Shown here: positions 1-9,950 of the stretch, in pieces
Numbering within the stretch: position 1 is the first letter of the stretch
How the letters are laid out: each line of letters starts with the position of its first letter
DNA from: Eledone cirrhosa
Taxonomy: Eukaryota
Direction of reading: 5' to 3'
Assembly (NCBI GenBank): GCA_964016885.1
Contig: OZ024744.1
Span: 50,592,001-50,656,000 of the forward strand
DNA: 64,000 bases
Made by a program: the position numbers and the translations under genes
The notes under the pieces: model-generated
What the model saw: only the letters and a program-made list of their open reading frames with translations
What the model was told of the DNA's origin: nothing
Databases searched by the model: none

Positions 1-133
1 AGTTCATCTTTCTTGTTTAGGAGTTGGTCCGTTGAAAACAGCATTTGTAAAGTTTCCTCCGAGCATAAATTGCACGGACGGCGTCCCCCCGTGTAAGAGT
101 TGGCTCTGGACAGTAATTTCCAAGTGAGATCAT
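1..133 (-). mobile_element. Inverted copy of the 3' ORF end/pLTR of Penelope-like element 1 (continues left of window)
   Basis: Reverse complement of 1590-1722 with a few mismatches. Confidence 0.9.
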
Positions 134-2781
134 CGCCGACCGTACCGAACCCCTAGACCCACGGACACCCTACTTCACACTGAAGGACCACAAATCCGAT
201 TTCGACCGTAAACCATCTATCAGGCTTATAAACCCAACGAAGTCCGACATAGGGAGAATCAGCAAAAAAATCCTAGACCGCGTGATACCAAAAGTCAAGC
301 AACACGCCCGACTTAGCCTATGGATCAACACCCAGGAAGTTATCTCATGGTTCAGCAATATGGAGGATAAACGAGACACTAAATTTATCCAGTTCGACAT
401 AGAGAGCTACTATGCTTCAATCACCTTACCGCTACTTACTGCCGCCTTGGACTTCGCCAAAGCACTTGTGCCCATCACCGACCAGGAAAGAAAAATCATC
501 CTCCACGCCAGGAAGACAGTCTTACTCTTTGACAACTCCAAATGGAAAAAAAAGAGCTCCCGACTCACCCTTCGACGTCAGCATGGGCTGAGGTCACAGA
601 TTCGGCGGAGGTCACAGATCTTATAGGATTATTCCTTATAGCCAAACTCACCGATATGTTTCCTGCTTTCGGTGGTGTTTTGTACCGTGATGATGGGCTC
701 CTTACCCTTAAAGGGTACAACCCCATTAGTACAGATCGGATCCATAAACAATTAATCAGCTTCTTCCGCGACTGGGGATTTAAAATAACCCTACAAACGT
801 CCCTGACCCGAGTTAATTTCCTGGACGTTACCCTCGATCTCAATAATGACCTGTACTACCCATACAGGAAACCCAGTGACAACCTGCACTACATCCACCG
901 CCGATCTAACCATCCTAGGAACATCACCAACAACCTGGTCAAAAACATCTCCCACCGCATATCCCGTTTGTCAGCTAATGAGAAGATATTCGATGAACAT
1001 GCGCCTTACTACAACCAGGCCCTCAAGCGGAGTGGTTTCCGGGAGGAAATATCCTACTGTCCAGCTCCCATTAGCGGAACCAGCAGGCGACACCGCCGCT
1101 CACGCAATGTAACATGGTTCAATCCTCCCCACAACGCCGAGGTGACAACTCCCATCGGGAAAATTTTCTTTAGGCTCATTGAAAAACACTTCCCACCACA
1201 ACACCACTACGACAACATAATTAACAAAAATACCATCAAACTCTCTTACAGCACTACACCTAACTTCGCACAAAACATTGTCTCCTCCAACAACAAAAAA
1301 CTCAACCCCGATAGAAGAAACAACCTAAATAGCAGTGGAGAGCCGACCAGGAGGTGCAACTGTCCTGATAGATCCAGTTGCCCCCTCGACAACAGATGCA
1401 GAGACCGTAATGTGATCTACCAGTGCAACGTGAGCACGGACACCTCCAACAAAGCTTATATAGGATTAACCGCATGTGACTTCAAGACCCGGCTATACCA
1501 ACACAGACATACCTTCCGAAACCCGGCCCGGCGTCACGCCACTACACTTTCGGGCCACATATGGGACCTCAAGGACAACAACATCAACTATGATCTCACT
1601 TGGAAATTACTGTCCAGAGCCAACTCTTACTCGGGAGGACGCCGTCCGTGCAATTTATGCTCGGAGGAAACTTTACAAATGCTGTTTACGACGGACCAAC
1701 TCCTAAACAAGAAAGATGAACTGGTTACTGCATGTAAACACCGATTACGTAGGACTTACCTCGCCCTCAAACCCCATAATGACCCGGGGGGGGGGGGTAG
1801 GCTAGGGCTATAACACCCCACTTGCCTATTTGTAATGGGTAACCCCTGCTTGCCAATGGAGACGTAAGATCTTTTACATTCTTTTATCGCTTCCTCTATA
1901 TTTCCTCCTTCCCCCCATCCCTCCCTACTCCTTCTACCCCAGTTCCTTTTCTTTGTCGTCGTCTTTGTATTAATTTTCCGTTCTTTACTTTTACTTCGTA
2001 CGATCTTTCATGTAGCTTGTATAAGACTTTTTGTTTTGTGGCGGTACCCTTAGAGTTAGCACAAGTATTTTTTTGCGGGACCCTGAATTATATTCTCGTA
2101 CTAGTTTACTTTCTTGCACTGGGTGGTTGCTGGCCCTGTGATTGGGGTAGAAACCTTTATTTCGTGGTAGTCTCATTAGTGTTGACCCGTCACCGTACGA
2201 TACACGCACTTATACCTCGTATAAGGGTCCCTTTATTTCCGTCCCACCTAGTTTATTTTTATTATTTTTTTTTTTTTTTTTTTAAATTTCTTTATCTATT
2301 CTTTTATTCACTTATTTGTTTATTTATTTATTTATTTATTTATGTATTTCTTTAGCCTAGCAAATGCGAGAGACTTAAGTCTTAGTAACCAGACTTTGCT
2401 TTTTTTTTTCTCTCTCAGTACTTTTTATAGTTTTACCCTTCATTGTTCTACTTACCGTTTCGACTTCCTCCCCCTCCCCAGTATCCTCTTTGACCTCACG
2501 CCCAGCTGTAGCCGGCACTACCAACGCATGAATGGGTCTACTCCACCCCCTCTCCCTTTTTCTCCTACCGGCAGGTTTAGCTACCCCTTCCCCCACCAAT
2601 TTGCCATCACAGATTTACTACTAACTTGTGATGTGACCAATCCTGGTCATTATCTCTTTGACCATATATGGAATTACCCCTTGATAAGCTCGGCTATTTA
2701 AATACCAGAATAAATTTTCATTCAGTCCAGAATTAGCCGTTGAAACGGCTTGAGCTCAGCCGTCGGGGTCTTACTTGTTCC
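134..2781 (+). mobile_element. Penelope-like retroelement 1 (5'-truncated; RT + GIY-YIG endonuclease; probably Naiad-like)
   Basis: Frames 134-626 and 542-1813 give LKDHK..RLINP, FDIESYY, YRDD, FLDVTL, CNC-x5-C-x5-C linker, VIYQ..YIG and CNLC..CKH. Frameshift near 585-620 (GAGGTCACAGAT duplicated). Ends at (TA)n 2782-2801. Confidence 0.93.
2676..2769 (+). ncRNA. Type I hammerhead ribozyme (U3-A8 core variant) in Penelope pLTR
   Basis: ACCCC/GGGGT stem I; core TTGATAA; stem II CGGCTA/TAGCCG; GAAA; stem III CGGCT..AGCCG; GTC cleavage triplet at 2762-2764. Confidence 0.8.
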
Positions 2782-2909
2782 TATATATATATATATATAT
2801 ACTTTTGCTAGTTAGGTTCTCATAAGATGATGGCCATGCTGGAGCACAACGTTGGTCGATCATATCTAGTACAGTATTTATATTTTAAAACCTGGTACTT
2901 AATTTCATC

Positions 2910-4420
2910 ATCATAATCATCCCACATCTGTTTTTCCATACTTGCATGGGATGGACAGGTTTTTTCCAGCACAGCATCTCTCTAATCCTTGCCGTCCTTC
3001 ATCATCTCTGTGAGCTTCAACAATTTGGGATCTGCCCTCATCCTCTGCTCAATTCTGTCCAGGTCTACCTCTATTTTAGTTTCTTCATGTGTTCTCTGCA
3101 TTCACTGACCATGTGTCACTCCTATGCAATATCACACATGGGCATCTTACTGCTGACCTTTCATTTGTAGAGAGAAACTAGAGGTAATAGTTCCCTGAAC
3201 CTTTTCTATCCTGTTCTTATTCTAGCTACTATGCTCTCAGAGCAACCTAATCCCCTGCTAATTAGATAATCTAGGTAGCAGAAGTTAACCAATTCTAAGA
3301 ATCCTTCCTAGGACTGGAGAAAGTTTATTTCAATGATGCTCTGTGTATTTACTACATACAATGTCTTCCTTTCCTGTTAGTTTTCCTACCATCCCACTAC
3401 ACCTCTTGTGTACCCAAAATTTTTGTTTGTGTACATCATATAGAGTTTCTACCTACTCCTTTTCTACTTATCAAGCAAGAGCACTTCCTTGGTAGGATCA
3501 GGGTCTTGACTTCTTTCTTATTTACTAAAACTTTGAGCTTTCCCAGGTTTACTCTAAACCCTTTTGATTCTAAGTCCTATTTCCAAAGCCAAAATTTTTC
3601 CACAGGTCATCAGTATAGAGAAGTTTCTATGGACAGGCAATTGTAAACTCCTCTGTTATTGCCTAGGGAGCAATAATAAACAGTTGTGGGCTGAGGAGTG
3701 AGCCTTGATGAACACCTACCAATAGATTGAATTCCTCACTAACTGGCAGCTTCTCTGAACACGGTTTGCATTGCACTTACTAGTCATCCTTCTACGCCTA
3801 GTTTCTTTAGGGACCACCAGATGACAGGTTTACTACTCTGTCAAAGGCCTTCTCCAAAGCTGGATATAGTGGCTTACTCTTAGTGAAACAAATACAAGAG
3901 AAGTTTCTGGCTAAGAAGTTAGCATTTGTGGCGTTCCTGGCACAAAACCAAACTGCATCTCATCTAATTTGACTCTTTTCCCTAATTAGTTGTGCTAAAA
4001 CTCTTTACATTACTCATAACTTGGTCCATCAGCTTTATGCTTTTGTTGTTGCTCCTTCTTAGATCATCACCTTTTACCTTGTAACAATTATTAAGTATAC
4101 TGTTGAAATACATCATGTATTACCTGATTAATTATGTGAGTGACTATCCTAACGCCTACTTGTCTAGAAAATTTCAGCATCTCAGCAACTATCTCTGACT
4201 GAGTGGTAGCTTTGCCATATTTAATTTCCTTAAATATATCTTTGACCCTGTAACTGTTAATTTCAATAGCTAGACCCTCTGTTGGTCAGCTGTGGGTAGT
4301 CTCTCTGTTTCCTATTCAGTTATCAGCCTCTCATAACAGCATTTCCAGGCCTCTTTTGAGCAACAATAATACTAAGTGCACTAGCATCATTTTGAACACA
4401 CTTATTCCCCAAAACATCCT
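2910..4420 (-). mobile_element. Degenerate RTE LINE fragment
   Basis: Minus strand retains RTE RT remnants (MQFGFVP, EKAFDRV, VGVHQGSLLSP) and an RTE-type 3' tail near 2910-2960. Confidence 0.75.
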
Positions 4421-4738
4421 ATATCTATTGTCTAGCTCCACATTTTAGTTGCCTGATATTGATCTTTGCTGCCCCTATTTTTGGTGGAGGGTAACAGTGG
4501 TTTTGGTTTCCTGTTGCTAGTTTGTGGAGGGATGGGTGGCCTTAAGGTAATTGAGTGTTACCTGGAAGTATTGTGGTGTAAGCCCAGCTTTCCATGCTGG
4601 CATGGTTGTGCAAAGAGGGTGGGGGTTTCTATGTTAAATTTGGCAGTGCAAGTTGTGGAGGAGAAGAGGAAGGGAGAGTGATAGATTGTAGGGTGCTCTT
4701 GGAGAGAGGAAAATATATATTATTGGTTTTAATCAAAT

Positions 4739-5065
4739 GAAGGTGCATGGCTTAGCGGTTAGAGAGTTGGGCTTAAAATTGTCATAGTTCGATTTCCAAA
4801 CTGGGCTGTGTTGTGTTCTTAAGCAAGACACTTTATTTCACGTTGCTGCAGTTCACCCAGCTGTAGAAATAAGTTGTGATGTCACTAGTACCAAACTGTT
4901 TGAGCCTTTGCCTTTCCCTTGGACAACATCAGTGGTGGGGAGAGGGGAGACTGACATGCATGGGAAGCTGCTGGTTTCCCACAAACAACTTTGCCCAGAC
5001 TTGTGCCTTGGAGGGGGAACTCTCTAGGTGCAATTCCCAAGGTCATTCATGACCGAAGGGGCTTT
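4739..5065 (+). mobile_element. tRNA-head SINE with CORE-like domain
   Basis: A-box TGGCTTAGCGG, B-box GTTCGATTTCC, core CTTAAGCAAGACACTTTATTTCAC shared with the 27134 and 30613 copies. Confidence 0.7.
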
Positions 5066-5198
5066 CAATCATTGGACTCTGGCTAAGCTGTGGCACTTTG
5101 TATTGTGGTATTAGAAAACTTATTTCTTACAAAGAGGTATTATGAATTATTGGTTTCACTAAATATTTTCTTTATTTTCCTACCCTATATCTTTGCAG

Positions 5199-5281
5199 GT
5201 TCTCTTCCCTCTGTTCGGACAACTCGACTACCCAGTGAATAAGGCCCCACATGAGAAATCAACCGTTGACCATTCCATATG
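5199..5281 (+). CDS. NBEA: Neurobeachin internal exon (VLFPLFGQLDYP...)
   Basis: cag|...|gt; VLFPLF.QLD is characteristic of NBEA/LRBA; phase 0-2. Confidence 0.9.
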
Positions 5282-5343
5282 GTATGATTAAGTTGTTTTT
5301 TTTCTGTACAGTGTCCTCAAACTACTCTCTCTCTCTCTCTCTC

Positions 5344-5381
<38 letters not shown>

Positions 5382-5523
5382 TAGATAAGTAGAAGGGGTA
5401 TTTAATTTGTTGGAAGTCCGACAAATATAAATGTTTATAACTGATTTAGAGCACTCAATAGGTTACTGGAGTAAATATTCAATGATATTAAATAAATGGA
5501 AACTATATTTATAAAACCATATT

Positions 5524-5587
5524 TATTTTATTATATATATTTCTAGGGTACCAAGGCAACATTGGTACGCTTTCATCAGATAAAATA
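5524..5587 (-). ncRNA. Minimal type I hammerhead ribozyme (inverted pLTR copy)
   Basis: Reverse complement reads TATTTTAT-CTGATGA-..GTACCAA/TTGGTAC..-GAAA-TATATA-TA-ATAAAATA; 8-bp stem I, palindromic stem III. Confidence 0.75.
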
Positions 5588-8500
5588 CAAAGTTTGTTTT
5601 ATAAATAAACATACCCATGAAAATCATACCTCATCGGTTGGAAATTCACTGGATAGTGGAAATATATTAGGGATTATTCAAACTTATGTGTGAATATGCA
5701 AATGAATATGTAAATAATTGTAAAACAACCGTTTATTTAAACGACACTGGAGAAAGAGAGAGAAGATAAGGGGAGAAAGATCAAAATAGTATGAGAGAGA
5801 AGAAATAAACAAGAGAGGATGAATAAAACTTATATAATGTTAATTTGGGGGAAATATATTCTAAGTATATATCTTAATAGTACGTGTATTTACGATTATT
5901 AGTTGTTTAAAATTTGTTTATATAATATTTTCTGTTATAAGTAGATAAATAAATAGATATATTTCTTTATTAGCCACAGGGGCACAAAAGAAGGGGACAA
6001 ATACAAAAGGGGAAGTTTACATACAATAAAAACGTGTAAAATGTTATCACAAATGGAATTTAAAAAGTTAGTCTAAATAAATAGATAGATAGATAAATAG
6101 ATAAATAAATAAATAGATGGGTATATCATGTTATAGGTAATTGTTTTAATGAGTTATGAGGGTTATTGGTGTTGTATTTAATGTAAGTAAATATTAAGTT
6201 AAATTAAATTAAATTGAGTTAATAAGAATATTTATATATTTTTAAATGGGAAGATACGGAAAAATTCCAGTTTAATTTAGTCAAAATAAGTATAAATGTT
6301 GAAAGATATATTTAGCCGGAATCAGTTAGTGGTTATAAATCTACTTATAAATAGCTCCTTTAATGTTGAGCACTTTAAATTATAACTGATTGCTAAATAA
6401 TGGAATTCTTTAGGATTTCTTCTTCTCTAAAAGATGTACCTTTACCTAAGAATAAGGACTATCTTAAACAACTCATTGAGAAATCTGACTCCTCTATACG
6501 ATGACTTAGATGGCGTGCCTTCCATTTCGATAGAAAATTAGATGAAAAAACAAATAAATCCAGTTACAACTTCGATATGATCTTCAAATCCAAGTAAAAT
6601 CCACCTAACAACAAACTATTAATGGAATTTGAAAATGAAATATCGATTATACAAAACATCAAAATCAAGAAAACCAATTTGCAGGCCAGGAATACCTTAA
6701 AGGCCTTAAGAATAATATAGACAATCTTAAAAAACTGAGAAAATCCTCGTAAAATCTGACAAAACTAACAATCTATACGGAATGCAAAAGGACGACTACA
6801 ATAACCTTATATTGAAAGAACTAAGGAAAAACTACAAAATAACAACTAATGAAGATCTTGAAATGGTAAATAGAGAAGCTTCTGAAATAATTCATAAATT
6901 AGGCATCGAAAATAGGACCGAATCCTTTATACCTAGAAGACCGAAAATTAACCTGAAAGACCACAAAAGAAACTTTGAAATAGAACTACCAGTCAGACTT
7001 ATAGCACCATCTAAATCATACTTAGGCATAGTTAGTAAACATACCGCAACTTAAAGAAATATCTTACCTAAAACTATGGAACGGTACTAACGAGGTTATA
7101 GATTGGTTCAATAATATAAAATTTAAACATAACAAAAAATTCATTCAATTGGATATTGCAAACTACTAATCCTCCATTACTCCTAATTTACTTAATAAAG
7201 CTCTGATCTATGCATCTAAACATACAGATTTATCTAGTGAAGAAATGCATATCATTTTAACTGCACGGAAAACTTTAATTGAATTCAACAATCATCTCTG
7301 GACTAGAGCCGATAGAAAAAATAATTTTGATATCACCATGGGATCATCAGACTCGGCGCAAATAATGGATCTTGTGGGGCTATTTATTAATAATACACTG
7401 CATAGAAAAATACCAGAGATGACCAGTGGTTTATATCGTGATGATATGCTGCTTTCAATTGAAAATCATAGTAATTGTGAAATTAATAGGAAAAGAAAAT
7501 CAATAATACAATTCTTCAATAGCTACAACCTTAAGTTAGAAATAGAGAATAACTATAAAATTGTTAACTTTTTAGACGTAACATTAAACCTTAACACAGG
7601 GCTCTACTATCCATTCCATAAAATTGAGAATCTAAACTATGTAAGTTTTAACTCTAATCATCCTAGATCTATCAAGAACACTATTGTCAATTCTATCCAA
7701 CAACGTATTTCACGCATCTCCGCTAATAAAAAACATTTTTGACGATAAGGCAGAATATTATAATGAAGCTTTAAATAGAGCAGGCTATATAAATAAGATT
7801 AAATACATCGACAACAGTAATAAGGCAAATAACCCTACTAATTATAATTATAATAAAAAATTTAACTTAAACTCTAAAACTAACAGAAGAAATAGAAAGA
7901 AATATTATTTGGTACTCACGCCCATTCTCATTAAGCGTAAAAACACCTTTAGCAAAGCTATTCTTTAAAGCATTAGATAAATGTTTTCCTAAAGCCCACA
8001 GATACCACTCAATCTTTAACAGACATACTATAAAACTATCCTACTCTACTACTATGAACATAGCACAAAATAAAAATAGAATCAATAATAGAAATTTAAA
8101 CCCTAACCAAAATAACTAAAATAGCAATAATATCTCTAGCAATATCCAACATAATAGTACCGTTCCGAATAACAACTCCGCAAAATGTAATTGTAGAATT
8201 AAATCAAACTGTCCTTTACAAAATAAGTGTTTAGATAAGGATATGGTCTATAAATGTACCGTTAAAACCAGTGATAATATATTTAACTATGTAGGTGCAA
8301 TTTCTACAGAATTTAAAAGTCGCTGGAATAATCACAAATGCTCTTTCTGAAGATTTGATAAAAAATCTTCAACTTATCTTTCAAACCTGATATGGAACTT
8401 AAAATACAAGAATATGGACTATTCATTAACTTGGGAAATAGTTTCAAAAGCACCCGCGTACTGAAAAACAGCTTTATCTAGATTCTGCAAATTGTGTGTT

Positions 8501-9552
8501 GAGGAAATTTTTTCATACTTAAATGTAAGAACTCTATTAATCTAAGAACAAATTTATTTAATTGTTGTAGGCACCGCCTGAATTCAACATTCAGAACTAT
8601 ATATAAATTATAATTATACTTGTAATATTTTTACTTATTTCCATAACAATCTTATCCACTTGGTTTTAATATATTGATATCTCTAAATCATAATATCTAT
8701 AACATTTGCTATAATTCCACTTCTTAAAGTTTCATAAATTATATACATATATAATTCTAAAATTATTTTTTAAATTTTAATTCTAATTTTAATGTTAATA
8801 ATTTTTAATTCTTTATTTTTATTTCTTTAATTTTTATTTCTTTTAAAAATTACTTATCTCTTATAAATTATTTTTTTTTTTAAATCTCAAATTTTTAATA
8901 TTTTTTTCTATATTTTTTATTAGATTTATAACCACTAACTGATTCCGGCTAAATATATCTTTCAACATTTATACTTATTTTGACTAAATAGTCTCATACT
9001 AACGAATAAATAAATTAAACTGGAATTTTTCCGTATCTTCCCATTTTAAAATATATAAATATAAATATTCTTATTAACTCAGTTAATTTAATTTAATTTA
9101 ACTTAATATTTACTTACATTAAATACAAAACCAATATCCCTCATAACTCAATAAAACAATTATTTATAACATGATATACCCATCTATTTATTTATTTATT
9201 TATTTATCTAATAACAGAAAATATATTTTAAACAACTAATAATCGTAAATACACGTACTATTAAGATATATACTTAGAATATATTTCCCCCAAATTAACG
9301 TTATGAGTTTTATTCATCCTCTCTTGTTTATTTCTTCTCTCTCGTACTATTTTGATCTTTCTCCCCTTATCTTCTCTCTCTCTTTCTCCGGTGTCGTTTA
9401 AATAAACGGTTGTTTTACAATTATTTACATATTCATTTGCATATTCACACATAAGTTTGAATAATCCCTAATATATTTCCATTATCCAGTGAATTTCCAA
9501 CCGATGAGGTATGATTTTCATGGGTATGTCTCTATTTATAAAACAAACTTTG

Positions 9553-9616
9553 TTTTTTATCTGATGAAAGTGTACCAATGTTGCCTTGGTACCCTAGAAA
9601 TATATATAATAAAATA
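9553..9616 (+). ncRNA. Minimal type I hammerhead ribozyme (3' pLTR copy)
   Basis: CTGATGA at 9561, stem II GTACCAA/TTGGTAC, GAAA at 9597, TATATA stem III; one stem I mismatch. Confidence 0.7.
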
Positions 9617-9950
9617 AATATGGTTTTATAAATATAGTTTCCATTTATTTAATATCATTGAATATATATATATATATATATAAAAAATCTTATTGTTAGC
9701 ATAATGATCGAAGGTATCCACCAGCCACACCTGGTGGTTCAAACATGAACTACCTGTTTCTGTCTATCTTAAAGCTAGATGGAAAGAATCTCAATTATGT
9801 TAAGTCATTTACATACTTAGAAAATCCTTGATGACAAGATTGTCTTTCGAATTACCAAGCCTCGAGTCCATTTGATAAACTTTCACCATGTCTGAAATGT
9901 AGCAGGCATAAAGCTGGAAACCAAAATTAAAGTGTATAATTACAGGTTTT

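Larger units (their letters stand above)
5385..9665 (+). mobile_element. Penelope-like retroelement 2, near full length, with inverted 5' pLTR (5385-6343), decayed ORF (~6400-8600) and 3' pLTR (~8921-9665)
   Basis: SLKDVPLP..IRRLRWRAFHF N-terminus, LKDHK, FDITMGSSDSAQ, YRDD, CNC..CPL..C, MVYKC..YVG, CKLC..CRH, with stops and frameshifts. 5475-6343 is the reverse complement of 8921-9665. (TA)n on both flanks. Confidence 0.92.

Noticed and set aside
8348-8464. In-frame TGA codons in Penelope element 2 as selenocysteine (reported for some Naiad PLEs)
   Set aside because: The TGAs fall at non-Cys positions (SF*RF, AY*K; probably CGA>TGA decay), all conserved Cys codons are TGT/TGC, and the ORF has many other lesions
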